A stretch of 64,000 bases of DNA from an uncultured Desulfobacterales bacterium (GCA_964452555.1 CAYVMI010000018.1:32329-96328), one strand, 5' to 3'. Numbered from the stretch's first letter, positions 37,052 through 47,563 are shown. Numbers and translations: made by a program. Notes: generated by a model from the sequence alone, not told the origin.

Positions 37052-38586
37052 ACCCGTTTATAGCTTCTCGGGAATGGTTGCTGCTATTCAGCATCGTTGC
37101 GTCGATTTTACTCGGCTGGCCCGGTGCCATCATCTCCATTCTCCTGAACACCACGGCGTTGATCGGCATCGGCGTCTTGCTTCAGTATGGATTTTGGGGA
37201 AATTTGCCGGTACCGGGCAATTCGGTATCATATTGGATCCAGGTTGCCCTGGACATTTTTTTTATCAATGTGACCGCGACCTTCTTTGTGACCTATCTGT
37301 TTTTTCGGCTCGAGACTTCTGACAGAACTACCCGCTCAACCACCATACTCCTGGAAGATGAACGCTCCAAGCTTCAAAAAGCCAATCAAGACCTGGAAAT
37401 GGAATTTGCTGAGCGCAAAATATTGGAGCAACAACTGACCCGGGCGCAGAAAATGCAGGCTCTCGGTACTCTGGCCGGCGGGGTGGCCCACGATTTGAAT
37501 AATATTCTCAGCGGCATCGTTAGTTATCCGGATCTTTTATTACAGGATATTGACGAGGGCAGCCCCCTCCGGGATCCTTTGCTGGCCATCAAACAATCCG
37601 GTGAAAAAGCTGCCGATATCGTTCAAGACCTGTTGACCCTGGCACGCCGGGGGGTCGATACCCGAAAGGTCGTCAGCCTGAATCAAATCGTCACTGATTT
37701 TTTGGTATCACCTGAGTATGATAACATTTTATCACACCATGCAAATGTACGTGTCAATTCGATCCTGAAACCAAATACGCTAGATATCGTTGGATCCGAA
37801 ATCCATATCTTCAAATCCTTGATGAACATCGTGACCAATGCTGCCGATGCCATGCCGGCCGGCGGAGATGTAACCATCAGAACAAAGAGCCGCTATCTGG
37901 ATTATACGTATAGCGGCTTTGAGAATATCCCTGAGGGCGAATATACAACCCTGGTAATTTCCGATAATGGAATCGGCATGCCCAAATCCGATCTGGAACG
38001 AATTTTTGAGCCTTTTTATACCAAAAAAGTGATGGGTCGAAGCGGCACCGGTTTAGGCATGTCGGTTGTATGGGGAACTATCAAGGACCATGAAGGGTTC
38101 ATCGATATCAAGACCGAAGAGGGATCGGGCACCACCTTTGTCTTGTATTTCCCGGCAACTCGGAAGGAAAAAGAAATCATTGAATCTGTGGTCATAGAAG
38201 ACTATCTCGGCCAGGGCGAGTCCATACTGGTGATCGATGATTCCAAAGAACAACGCTTGCTGGCCGGCAATATGATGCGACGGCTCGGATACTCGGTGTC
38301 GGTCGCGGCCAGTGGCGAGGAAGCCCTGGAAATGATAAAAGAAAATTTCTATAACCTGATCATCCTCGATATGATCATGGATCCGGGTATCAATGGTTTA
38401 GAAACCTATCAACAAATTCTCCGATTTGCGAGCAATCAAAAAGCAATTATCGCCAGCGGATTTTCCGAAACAGACATGGTTCGCGAAACTCAACGACTCG
38501 GGGCCGGGGCATATGTAAAAAAGCCGTATACATTAGAAAAGATCGGCCTGGCTGTCCGATCTGAGCTGGATCGCAAAAAGAATTAG
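36952..38586 (+). CDS. Hybrid sensor histidine kinase / response regulator
   Basis: TM segments, coiled coil, H-box LAGGVAHDLNNIL, HATPase GTGLGMSVV, C-terminal receiver ILVIDDS...LIILDMIMDPGINGLE. Confidence 0.9.
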   Translation: MHPIWSSKIPFTLRSALVSLLIFMFGMAVIFAVNPFIASREWLLLFSIVASILLGWPGAIISILLNTTALIGIGVLLQYGFWGNLPVPGNSVSYWIQVALDIFFINVTATFFVTYLFFRLETSDRTTRSTTILLEDERSKLQKANQDLEMEFAERKILEQQLTRAQKMQALGTLAGGVAHDLNNILSGIVSYPDLLLQDIDEGSPLRDPLLAIKQSGEKAADIVQDLLTLARRGVDTRKVVSLNQIVTDFLVSPEYDNILSHHANVRVNSILKPNTLDIVGSEIHIFKSLMNIVTNAADAMPAGGDVTIRTKSRYLDYTYSGFENIPEGEYTTLVISDNGIGMPKSDLERIFEPFYTKKVMGRSGTGLGMSVVWGTIKDHEGFIDIKTEEGSGTTFVLYFPATRKEKEIIESVVIEDYLGQGESILVIDDSKEQRLLAGNMMRRLGYSVSVAASGEEALEMIKENFYNLIILDMIMDPGINGLETYQQILRFASNQKAIIASGFSETDMVRETQRLGAGAYVKKPYTLEKIGLAVRSELDRKKN

Positions 38587-38664
38587 CTTAGGAAACTATA
38601 ACCCATAATAAGGTTATCAGAACCTATCTCAAAAATATCTTTTTGCCCCACATCTGTGTTCTGA

Positions 38665-40185
38665 TCAAAGAACAGCGCCGATTTGCCAGGGCACGAATTC
38701 CAGGTCTCCAATGCCCAGATTCTCACTCTTGGTTGGTTTGCCGGACGCCGTTTCGATGATGTGCTCGTATATCACCGATCCCATTTCAGTAACACTGCGA
38801 AGGCCCTTCGCGATGGGACCGCAATCGATATCCATATCCTCGGCCATCTGCGCATATATCCGGGAATTGGAGGCCAGTTTGACAACCGGAACCGGCTTGC
38901 ATCCCAATACCGATCCGCGGCCCGTGGTAAAACAGATCATATTTGCGCCGCCGGCAACCATGCCGGTAATGGATACCGGATCGTAGCCGGGTGTATCCAT
39001 AAAGACCAGACCTTTGGACCGAACCGGGGCGGCGTATGGGTAAACATCCAATAAAGGCGTCGCGCCGGCTTTGGCCACCGCCCCCAGGGCTTTTTCAAGT
39101 ATCGTTGTCAAGCCCCCAGCCTTGTTACCCGGACTGGGATTATTGTTGATTTCAGATTCGTGCATGCGTGTATGGTTCCGCCACCAATTAACGACATCCA
39201 GGATCTTCCGGCCGACCTCCGGCCGAATGGCACGGCGGGCCAGAAACTGTTCGGTGCCGTAAATTTCAGTGGTTTCCCCCAATATGGCGGTACCGCCTTT
39301 GGCCACCAGAATGTCCACCGCAGCACCCAAAGCCGGATTAGCTGTCAGACCGGAAAATGCATCTGAACCGCCACATTCCAGACCCAGTGTCAAATGGGAT
39401 ACGGGAAGGGTTTGTCTTTTGATGCGGTTCACCTCGGGCAGCATGGCCGTAATTGTCGCGATGCCCCGCTCAACCGTCCGGCGCGTTCCGCCCAGCTTTT
39501 GGATATTCAAAACCGGTACGGGAATACCTGAACAGTTGACAAACTGCTGTGAAAAGGCATCCACATCCAGGACTTCACATCCCAAACCGACCATCAGTAC
39601 ACCACCAAAATTCGGATGCCGGCAAAACCCGGCCAGACAACGCTGCAGGTTCTGAATGCCGGGACTGGCGGCATTGTCACCGCATCCCATGCCATGCGTC
39701 AGGCTGACGACACCGTCGATATTGCCGTAGGGTGACAATCGATCCTGGTTGAAATGTCTAGCGATAAAACTGGCCACCGAGGCCGAGCAGTTGACGCTGC
39801 TGAGAATCCCGATGTAATTGCGGGTGCCCACACGGCCATCGGCTCTTTGGATTCCGGCAAACGAGCTGCTTAAATCATCGTAACGCCCGGATTTGGAGAC
39901 CGGCTGGCCCTCCTGGGGCTTAGGCTCATCCGGGTGAACCATATCAACATTATGAACATGAACGTGATCTCCGATATTTATATCACGCGAGGCGATGCCG
40001 ATGACTTGACCGTATTTAATAATTGGTCTGCCGCTATCGATAGGCTCACAGGCAATCTTGTGGCCCGCCGCAATGGTGTGATTGCTGGCGATTTGCGCGT
40101 TTATCCCGGTTCCCTCGCGTACGTCTTCCAGAACCACCATGACATTATCGCGCGGATTGATTTTTATATGATGTGTATTGCCCAT
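38665..40185 (-). CDS. UxaA-family dehydratase/lyase (SAF N-domain + altronate/galactarate dehydratase-like C-domain)
   Basis: 506 aa; N-terminal SAF-like segment, ...GTRNYIGILSSVNCSA...THGMGCG... typical of the family. Confidence 0.8.
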   Translation of the reverse strand: MGNTHHIKINPRDNVMVVLEDVREGTGINAQIASNHTIAAGHKIACEPIDSGRPIIKYGQVIGIASRDINIGDHVHVHNVDMVHPDEPKPQEGQPVSKSGRYDDLSSSFAGIQRADGRVGTRNYIGILSSVNCSASVASFIARHFNQDRLSPYGNIDGVVSLTHGMGCGDNAASPGIQNLQRCLAGFCRHPNFGGVLMVGLGCEVLDVDAFSQQFVNCSGIPVPVLNIQKLGGTRRTVERGIATITAMLPEVNRIKRQTLPVSHLTLGLECGGSDAFSGLTANPALGAAVDILVAKGGTAILGETTEIYGTEQFLARRAIRPEVGRKILDVVNWWRNHTRMHESEINNNPSPGNKAGGLTTILEKALGAVAKAGATPLLDVYPYAAPVRSKGLVFMDTPGYDPVSITGMVAGGANMICFTTGRGSVLGCKPVPVVKLASNSRIYAQMAEDMDIDCGPIAKGLRSVTEMGSVIYEHIIETASGKPTKSENLGIGDLEFVPWQIGAVL

Positions 40186-40187
40186 AC

Positions 40188-41339
40188 TTATACCTGATTC
40201 GGGTGGTCTAACCGCTGTACGGCCGTCACAACTACATCCACGGCCTTGTCAATATCTGCAGAGGTGGTCATCCTTCCGGTTGAGAAGCGCACGGTCCCTT
40301 TGGCCCATTCCAGCGGAACACGCATGGCTTCCAGTACATGCGAAAGGGTTACCGTGTCCGAATGACAGGCCGCCCCGGCTGAAGCCGCCACCTCCAGACC
40401 GATTTCTTCCAAAATACGATTGGCCTCAAGGTTTTTAAATGACAGGCTGAGCGTATTGGGCAGGCGCTTTTCCGGATGACCATTCAGGCGAACCTGCGCA
40501 AATTGAGCCGTGATGCCTGCATGTAGGCGATCGCGCATATCCTGGAGATATGCGGCCGATTTATCCGGATTTTGGGCCGCAATTTCACAAGCCAGGCCCA
40601 TGCCTGCGATCTCAAGTACATTTTCCGTACCAGCCCGCCAACCGCTTTCCTGGCCGGCCCCGTGGCAAAATTTTTGCGGCAGCATACCCTTGCGTACATA
40701 CAAGGCGCCAATACCTTTGGGAGCATAGATTTTGTGGCCGGCCACCGAAAGCAGATCAACGTTCATCTTTTGAACGTCAGTGGCAATTTTGCCAACGCTC
40801 TGAGCCGCATCGGTATGCATGCAAATGCCCTTTTGCCGGGCCACCCGAGCAATTTCTTCAATCGGCTGGATGGTGCCCACCTCGTTGTTGGCGTGCATGA
40901 TGGTGATTAAAATGGTTTCCGGCCGAATGGCGGCGGCGATGTCTTCGACACTTACCATCCCGGTGTCATCCACATCCACATAGGTGGTTTTGAATCCCTC
41001 TCCCTCAAGATATTGGCACACCTCCAGTACGGCCGGATGCTCGATTGTGCTGGTTATGATATGCTTACCCTTGTCTTTCAGAGATCTGGCCATGCCTATG
41101 ATGGCGTGGTTGTTGGATTCGGTGCCGCCGGATGTAAACAACACTTCTGCTGGTTGACAGTTCAGGAGTGCCGCCACTTGGTTTCGGGCTTTTTCTACGG
41201 CTTTTTTTGGTGCGATACCGTACCAGTGGGAACTGGAAGGGTTGCCGAACTCAGTTTCCAGATACGGCCGCATGGCCTCAATCACCTGTGGATCGTGCGG
41301 CGTGGTGCCATTATAGTCCAGATAGATAGGTTGAATCAT
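40188..41339 (-). CDS. Cysteine desulfurase (NifS/IscS class V aminotransferase)
   Basis: IYLDYNGTTP ... FTSGGTESNN ... SVAGHKIYAPKGIGALYVR (PLP lysine). Confidence 0.9.
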   Translation of the reverse strand: MIQPIYLDYNGTTPHDPQVIEAMRPYLETEFGNPSSSHWYGIAPKKAVEKARNQVAALLNCQPAEVLFTSGGTESNNHAIIGMARSLKDKGKHIITSTIEHPAVLEVCQYLEGEGFKTTYVDVDDTGMVSVEDIAAAIRPETILITIMHANNEVGTIQPIEEIARVARQKGICMHTDAAQSVGKIATDVQKMNVDLLSVAGHKIYAPKGIGALYVRKGMLPQKFCHGAGQESGWRAGTENVLEIAGMGLACEIAAQNPDKSAAYLQDMRDRLHAGITAQFAQVRLNGHPEKRLPNTLSLSFKNLEANRILEEIGLEVAASAGAACHSDTVTLSHVLEAMRVPLEWAKGTVRFSTGRMTTSADIDKAVDVVVTAVQRLDHPNQV

Positions 41340-41345
41340 GGTTTT

Positions 41346-41903
41346 TTATTCCTCGTAGGCATCACCCAATATACGTTTAATAACAGCCTGTTTCAATTTT
41401 GCATAATCATCCGTATCGCATACACCTGCTGAAACAATACGCTCTTTTTCCTTGATGTAATCCGCAAGCAGAACCCTGTCTGCGCACAACCTGTCCCGGA
41501 ATATACGGAATCGGACGGCCTCGTAGGAATCTTTCCTGACCACATGCACATACACCAGAAACGACGTACGGTCATAATTAAATGTCCCCATGAACACCGG
41601 CCGATCGTCAGGAAAGCGGTTTCGAAACTCTAATCCCTGCCGTTGAAAGCCCATCGCCGCCAGCAAGGATGTAGTTGTTTCCAATCGGTCTTCAGGATAG
41701 AGCGCCATCATATCGATCACACCTTTACCCGGGCACCCGGGTATGGCCGTGCTGCCAATGTGTTCCATCTTAAGTTCCGGACAATAACTTTCAGTTTTTT
41801 CTTTTATTATCCTGGCCACCTCCGGAGCCCTGTAATCATAGGGATGAAATCCGGCCAGTGGCTTCTCATATGACCCGATATACTTTTCCACGTGTTCAAA
41901 CAT
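41346..41903 (-). CDS. GrpB-family protein
   Basis: ...MEHIGSTAIPGCPGKGVIDMM... GrpB nucleotidyltransferase-like motif. Confidence 0.7.
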   Translation of the reverse strand: MFEHVEKYIGSYEKPLAGFHPYDYRAPEVARIIKEKTESYCPELKMEHIGSTAIPGCPGKGVIDMMALYPEDRLETTTSLLAAMGFQRQGLEFRNRFPDDRPVFMGTFNYDRTSFLVYVHVVRKDSYEAVRFRIFRDRLCADRVLLADYIKEKERIVSAGVCDTDDYAKLKQAVIKRILGDAYEE

Positions 41904-41921
41904 CGTGTCGTTTATGCCTCA

Positions 41922-42338
41922 TTAGCTTGTTATATTTTTGTAGACGGCAAGGAATTGCTTAGGATTGACAATGTCAATACCCATATAATTTTCAATCGCC
42001 AGAAGCGCTTTATCTCCGGATAAGATATAATCTGCTTTTAAAGCCACCGCGCATTCTATGAATTTGTCATCATCAGGATCATCAGCTACTATTTGCAGTT
42101 CTGGTGTTTTGGCCGTAAAGATGACATGAGTGCCGGTCGCGAAAAGACCCAGAAGTTCACCAAGCTCCTTTTCATCTTGAAGCCCCATACGTCGAAGGAC
42201 TTCCACATATTCGTCAATTATGGGTTTTGACAAACACAGCGAAATCTCGCCAGTTTCCCAAAAGCCTATAACCTTACGAGGGTTACCGCCAAAAAAGGAT
42301 GAGATAAAAACATTTGTATCCAGAACAACCTTGATCAC
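41922..42338 (-). CDS. PIN-domain toxin
   Basis: MIKVVLDTNVFISSFF ... ILSGDKALL; ATGA overlap with the upstream antitoxin. Confidence 0.85.
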   Translation of the reverse strand: MIKVVLDTNVFISSFFGGNPRKVIGFWETGEISLCLSKPIIDEYVEVLRRMGLQDEKELGELLGLFATGTHVIFTAKTPELQIVADDPDDDKFIECAVALKADYILSGDKALLAIENYMGIDIVNPKQFLAVYKNITS

Positions 42339-42583
42339 CTTTTATTTCTCACTTCTTGAATGACGCGCTGTATGTCCTTTGGCTCATAACCGCCGTTTTC
42401 TATTTTTCCGCCGATGCGGCCCCACAAATCATCAATATAAGTGCCGATATCTCTATCCCGGACATACGCTTCAAGTAGTTCGCGCACAACCTCACTGACG
42501 TTTTTTCCTTCAGATTTTGCGAGCTTATAGACCTGGGTCTTGAGGTCGGGATTTATCCGCACAATCATTTGAGTCGTCATCAT
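42335..42583 (-). CDS. Ribbon-helix-helix antitoxin
   Basis: QMIVRINPDLKTQVYKLAKSEGKNVSEVVRELLEAY RHH pattern. Confidence 0.75.
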   Translation of the reverse strand: MMTTQMIVRINPDLKTQVYKLAKSEGKNVSEVVRELLEAYVRDRDIGTYIDDLWGRIGGKIENGGYEPKDIQRVIQEVRNKR

Positions 42584-42626
42584 GTACCCCCAGATTAGTA
42601 TATATTGTATATACGATATATATCAA

Positions 42627-43628
42627 TTAATCGTTTGTCAAAGTAATTACGACTTGTCCTTTTTTATGCCCATTTTCAACATATCGATGGGCCTCAGCCG
42701 CCTGATCCAATGGAAAACGGCGATCGATTACTGCTTTTAAATCGCCCGCCTCGATCAGCCCGGTGATAAATTCGAGATCCTCGGCCTTGTCGCCGGCCAG
42801 GGTACAGATAACCCTTTTATCGCCGGCCATTTTTGTCCAAAGCATTTGCAAAAGCTGTTTCATTTTAAAACTGGCCAATAAATAGCGACCATTTGGCTCG
42901 AGCACGCGTCTACTACGACCAAAAGAACTGCGGCCTAATATATCAAAAATAAGATTATAGCTTTCTTTGCCGGCGGTAAAATCATCTCGGGAATAGTCGA
43001 TTACGGCATCAGCCCCCAGAGCTGTGACAAATTCAATGCGGCGTGTGCTGCAAACACCGGTTACGTGTGCCCCAAAATACTTGGCAAGCTGGACGGCCTG
43101 GGAGCCGATGCCGCCGGAAGCCCCGTTAATAAGAACTTTTTCACCTGGCTGCAGGCCGGCTTTTCTAAGCAGATTTAAAGCCACGATGGCGCCATAGGGG
43201 AATACGGCAGCCTCGGCGTGCGTCAAATTGATCGGCTTTTTTGCCAGGGTCCCCTCTGCCGGCATACACACATACTCGGCATAAGCCCCCATGTTCATAC
43301 CGCGATAACCGTAAACCGGATCGCCCGGTTTAAAGCGCTTTACCTGCCGGCCGGTTGTTTCGACAACTCCGGAAAATTCGCTGCCCAGGATATTGATTTT
43401 GGGGGTAAAAAAACCAAAAGCAAGTCGCGAAGGGTAATACAGCACAAGCGGCATGTTGAATTTGCGCAACGGCATATGCCGAAAATTGCGCGCCGTTAGA
43501 TCGCCATAATTAACCGTCGTCGCCTGGACTTGTATTCTGACCTCATTGTCTTTCGGAACCGGTTTCTCGATCTTTTTGAGTTGCAGTACACCCGGTCCGC
43601 CGTATTCTTCATAGATAATCGCTTTCAT
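42627..43628 (-). CDS. NAD(P)-dependent medium-chain dehydrogenase/reductase
   Basis: GDPVYG ... VLINGASGGIGSQAVQLAK Rossmann motif. Confidence 0.85.
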   Translation of the reverse strand: MKAIIYEEYGGPGVLQLKKIEKPVPKDNEVRIQVQATTVNYGDLTARNFRHMPLRKFNMPLVLYYPSRLAFGFFTPKINILGSEFSGVVETTGRQVKRFKPGDPVYGYRGMNMGAYAEYVCMPAEGTLAKKPINLTHAEAAVFPYGAIVALNLLRKAGLQPGEKVLINGASGGIGSQAVQLAKYFGAHVTGVCSTRRIEFVTALGADAVIDYSRDDFTAGKESYNLIFDILGRSSFGRSRRVLEPNGRYLLASFKMKQLLQMLWTKMAGDKRVICTLAGDKAEDLEFITGLIEAGDLKAVIDRRFPLDQAAEAHRYVENGHKKGQVVITLTND

Positions 43629-43779
43629 GATTTTCCTTAATGCACGTATCCGAAAAGTTCAAGTTTGGGCGGAAGCGGTGCCTAGGCCGGCACCCCTCGA
43701 TGCCCACTTTCAGCTCTTTAAAAACCGCGTTTCTTACGGAATAAGCATTCCATCGGCAATTTCACTGTTTGAGCCGTAT

Positions 43780-44778
43780 TTATGTCTCATGGCCACAGAT
43801 GCTCTCAAATCGCTTGTCCTGCTTATACTTGCTTCTGGATGGATTTCCCTCCGCCCTGTAAATTTTGCCGCTTTCCATATCAAAAATTGATGACCAAACC
43901 GTATCGAAATTCATTTCTTTTTCGTATTGGCACATGAATCCGAGTTTGCCACTTAGTATTTTTTTTGCACGGCTAACCCCGTCTTCCTCAAAAGGTTTTT
44001 TTAGGGTCGTCCTGCCGGTTGCATACCTTTCGTGAGATTGAAATAAATCCTTGGCCTCTTCGAACGTTTTCATTTCCTCGGAGATAAAATGGTTGGTTGC
44101 AGCCGCATGATCACATTGGGTGATTTTGACCTTTTGCGGGCTACACTCCATATGAGCGATTTGATGTTTATCCGCCAAAATCAGATGATAAGCACCTCCG
44201 ATTGGGGTGTTCTGGACGGCTTTGACACCCGCCGCCACATCCGCGCATTTTTCCAGTAAATAGCGCACCAAAAACATAGAGTTAAGTCCGGGTTTGAGAT
44301 CCTTGGCCCAGACATAGGTCATCCCCACAGCCAACCCATTTTCGTTGATGCCTTCTTCGGCACTGACAAAAGCGGATGAATTGGCGATAAATGCGTATCC
44401 GCCAGCCGGTCGGTATAAAGCACTACTGCTTAGTTTGCGGAATATGGGTGGCAAATCATTATTGCGCCCAAAAACAACCCGGTCATTTTTCTTAAATGCA
44501 ATCATTGTACAGCCGGGTATTTCTAAGCAGACGCTGATACACATGAGCCAGGCCGCTAGCCGGTCATATGCCATACCCAGTCCATCCGCCATGCCTCGGA
44601 TCTCCTCACAGGCTTCCGGAAAATGCTTTCGTAAAAAAGATTCGGATTGGGATCCGTATTCGAACTGAAATGCATCCAAACCGGTCAGACCCAAAAATAC
44701 GGCCTGATTCCGCTTTAGCGATCTGGCATATTTCAATCCAATATCGTAGTGACTGCCGATGAATCTGGGATGGTACAT
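43780..44778 (-). CDS. Ntn-hydrolase, C45 / acyl-CoA:6-APA acyltransferase-like
   Basis: IPGCTMIAF...VFGRNND pattern (nucleophile Cys, RN(x)D); assignment from memory of the family. Confidence 0.55.
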   Translation of the reverse strand: MYHPRFIGSHYDIGLKYARSLKRNQAVFLGLTGLDAFQFEYGSQSESFLRKHFPEACEEIRGMADGLGMAYDRLAAWLMCISVCLEIPGCTMIAFKKNDRVVFGRNNDLPPIFRKLSSSALYRPAGGYAFIANSSAFVSAEEGINENGLAVGMTYVWAKDLKPGLNSMFLVRYLLEKCADVAAGVKAVQNTPIGGAYHLILADKHQIAHMECSPQKVKITQCDHAAATNHFISEEMKTFEEAKDLFQSHERYATGRTTLKKPFEEDGVSRAKKILSGKLGFMCQYEKEMNFDTVWSSIFDMESGKIYRAEGNPSRSKYKQDKRFESICGHET

Positions 44779-44891
44779 AGAGCCCCCCGTGGTTAAATGT
44801 GATTTCAGGGAACACTACAAAGGAATAAAAAATTAATGTCAACACATAAATATGAATCGATTTGCGAATTTCGGTAGGATTGTAAGGATCT

Positions 44892-45959
44892 CTATTTTCC
44901 CGGAAGTATCCGCGTCTCACCGATTTTCAGAATCCAGGCATCTTCAGGTCGAAAGCCCGCGTTTTGAGCCGCAGATTCGAACCGTTTGGGCGGCTCCCAC
45001 GGATCCTCCTCGGACAAATCGATAGTACCCCAATGGATTCCCATCAGTATCCTGGCATTAATTTCCCTGCCGATCTCAACGGCTTCTTCCGGATCCGTAT
45101 GATTGTTGACACCATATTTCCGATTACCATATGTGCCGATGGTTAGCATGGCCAGATCGAATGACGTGAAATTTGCCCCGATTTCCTTGAACAAAGAAGG
45201 CGAATAAGCCGAATCCCCGATAAAATAATAATTCCCGGAAGGATGGGATATTGACCAGGAACACCATAATGACTTGTTTTTGTCCCCCATGCCTCTACCT
45301 GAATAATGAACTGTCGGCAAGGCTGTAAATCCGAAATTGCCGATGGTCCGGTTTGCGTACCAATCCAATTCGTGGATGTGACGATATCCAAGCCCAGTGA
45401 AAAAAGGCTCCAGACCAAGTGGGACGCAAACATGAACATTCTTGTTGGGAAATGATTTTAAAAATTTGGCATCCAGGTGATCGTAGTGGTTGTGCGATAT
45501 GAGAATGACATGGATGTCAGGTAGGTTTTCAGCACTGATGCCGGGGTCCACATACCGGCGCGGTCCCATTGACAGAGGAGATGCATAGGGTGAGAAAAAA
45601 GGATCCGTCAATATAACCGTACCGGCAATCTTGATGAGTAGGGTACTTTGCCCGATCCACGTAAGGGTGTTTTCTTGTTCCAACTTACTGTAAAGTTGAA
45701 TGGCTTTCTCTTCAGACAAAACATGGCCCTCCGGAATCTCCGGCGCGTTGAAAGATGCCTTAAAACGACGCCAGTAAAAACCAAAACCTAAAGCGGGCGC
45801 TTCTTCCACGACCGGAAAATTGCGAAAGCCCTCAGTTGTGTGGTGACGTGGTTTACCTGTCTCCCAGACTGGGCTGGAGGCGCAAGCCTGCATGGCGGTC
45901 AGAAAAAGTAATAAAATAGCGTTTACAAGCCAGCAGCTGATATGAATTGTTTTTCTCAT
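44892..45959 (-). CDS. Secreted/lipoprotein MBL-fold metallohydrolase
   Basis: ILISHNHYDHLD (HxHxDH). Start moved to MRKTIHIS (ATG 45959), giving an ATGA overlap with the methyltransferase stop; signal peptide ending AMQAC. Confidence 0.85.
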   Translation of the reverse strand: MRKTIHISCWLVNAILLLFLTAMQACASSPVWETGKPRHHTTEGFRNFPVVEEAPALGFGFYWRRFKASFNAPEIPEGHVLSEEKAIQLYSKLEQENTLTWIGQSTLLIKIAGTVILTDPFFSPYASPLSMGPRRYVDPGISAENLPDIHVILISHNHYDHLDAKFLKSFPNKNVHVCVPLGLEPFFTGLGYRHIHELDWYANRTIGNFGFTALPTVHYSGRGMGDKNKSLWCSWSISHPSGNYYFIGDSAYSPSLFKEIGANFTSFDLAMLTIGTYGNRKYGVNNHTDPEEAVEIGREINARILMGIHWGTIDLSEEDPWEPPKRFESAAQNAGFRPEDAWILKIGETRILPGK

Positions 45960-46588
45960 GATTCTTTTGTGGCAACCGCGCAATGAAAGTTCAGTTTACC
46001 CCTAGACCTAGATTCAATTCGAACACCGCCTGCAAATCCGGCCTTGTGTAGAAGGTCTTTTACATCGTCTCGGGCATATAGTCGAAATACATCATCGCTT
46101 AGATTTCTCTGCGCCAGTTGCTCAATGTCCTCAAATGCAACGACAAATTTACCGCCGGGGATAAGGAGATCCGCCACTTTCTTTACAGTCTCTTCCGGTT
46201 CCGGCCAGAAATAAAGCGTGTTGACGCTGCAGGCCTTGGTAAAATCGTGCCCTGCAAAATCCATCGCATCAAAATTACCTTCTATCAATTTTACGATACC
46301 GTTAGCGATATGAGTTCGATTTCTTTTTCGGGCGACAGACAGCATGGTCCCTGAAAAATCAACCCCTTCAATCAGGCCATGGTTGATCTGTTTGGCCATG
46401 GTCTGAATCAGCTTGCCGGTACCAAACCCAATTTCAAGGATTCGATCACCTGGCTGCACCGACATCGTTTCATTTACGAAATCGTTCAAAAAAGCATTGC
46501 CCTTGTCAAAAACCAAAGACATGACAATCCTGCCAAACCAACCTGATGGTTTCCGGGCTTGTTCTGAAAAAAATGAAGAAAAACTCAT
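45956..46588 (-). CDS. Class I SAM-dependent methyltransferase
   Basis: ILEIGFGTGKL motif I. Confidence 0.85.
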   Translation of the reverse strand: MSFSSFFSEQARKPSGWFGRIVMSLVFDKGNAFLNDFVNETMSVQPGDRILEIGFGTGKLIQTMAKQINHGLIEGVDFSGTMLSVARKRNRTHIANGIVKLIEGNFDAMDFAGHDFTKACSVNTLYFWPEPEETVKKVADLLIPGGKFVVAFEDIEQLAQRNLSDDVFRLYARDDVKDLLHKAGFAGGVRIESRSRGKLNFHCAVATKES

Positions 46589-46604
46589 ATTTTGTGTCCA
46601 ATCC

Positions 46605-47009
46605 CTATAGCCTTTTAGGGCTTAATCTGTTTGATATAATCCGGGCTGCAACGGCACCGATGAAACTTCCGACGGTATTGGCCAGCATATCGGCCAAGCT
46701 GAAGGTTCTGGAAGGGACAAAATATTGATGCACTTCGTCGCTGATACCATAGGCGCTCGAGGACAAGGCGCTAATGAGTATAAGCAAGATTGCAGTTCTA
46801 GGAATCCGAGTGGTTTGAAAAGCACGGTAAAACAAAAAACCCAGCAGGGCGTAAGCGCCGGCATGCATCAGTTTATCTGCATGCGGAAACGCCGGCAGGC
46901 TATCGGATGTCGGGAGAGACGATTGGATAAAAATGGCCAGGCAGTAGATGATGATGGGGAACCAGTAGAAAAGGAAAATTTTAGTACGTGGATTTAAAGG
47001 TTTTAGCAT
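46605..47009 (-). CDS. VanZ-family membrane protein
   Basis: DKLMHAGAYALLGFL ... SDEVHQYFVPSRTFSLADMLANTVG. Confidence 0.8.
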   Translation of the reverse strand: MLKPLNPRTKIFLFYWFPIIIYCLAIFIQSSLPTSDSLPAFPHADKLMHAGAYALLGFLFYRAFQTTRIPRTAILLILISALSSSAYGISDEVHQYFVPSRTFSLADMLANTVGSFIGAVAARIISNRLSPKRL

Positions 47010-47092
47010 GAAGGTTTGTAACTACCAGTTTATCTATCAACAACTTTGCAGCTCAACTGTATTAAATACATTTTCATCATAAGATATTTTCT

Positions 47093-47200
47093 AACATCGA
47101 ACATTCAACATCCAACACTGAACATCGAATGACTTTCTCGCTAATTGCCAATAGGTTCGATGTTCGATGTTGGAAGTTCGATGTTCAATGTTCGATTCGG
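47093..47200. repeat. Inverted word-tile arms, cgaacatccaaca family, locus 1
   Basis: aacatcgaacattcaacatccaacactgaacatcgaatg / ggttcgatgttcgatgttggaagttcgatgttcaatgttcgattcgg. Confidence 0.85.
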
Positions 47201-47234
47201 CCCTATCTTGATAAACACCTCGAATGAACATCCA

Positions 47235-47462
47235 TTAAAAGCCTGTTGTCGGTCTCCGCTTACCAAACTCCTTCTCGCAGGGCGCGTTCTTGGTAACATG
47301 TTTTTTCAGCGCACCGCACCACAGGGACTGAAAGGTGTGACAACTGCCATCCAATGCATCCATTTTGGCAAAATCCGCATGCTCACAGCGCAGATCGCAC
47401 CATTTGATACGATGGGTGGTTACGCCGGCGTTATCCTTTTTTTTAACTTCTGTCTTTCCCAT
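47235..47462 (-). CDS. Small cysteine-rich hypothetical protein
   Basis: 75 aa, coding-like codon usage, 5 Cys (WCDLRCEH, GSCHTF, LWCG, APCE); no clear SD. Confidence 0.45.
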   Translation of the reverse strand: MGKTEVKKKDNAGVTTHRIKWCDLRCEHADFAKMDALDGSCHTFQSLWCGALKKHVTKNAPCEKEFGKRRPTTGF

Positions 47463-47563
47463 AACTTACATAGCTTTTTAGGTGATTAGGCTGTTAGATT
47501 ATTTGGCGGTTTTCGGTTGGCAGCCTAACAGCCTAATAGTCTTCAGTCTAACAGCCTATTGAT

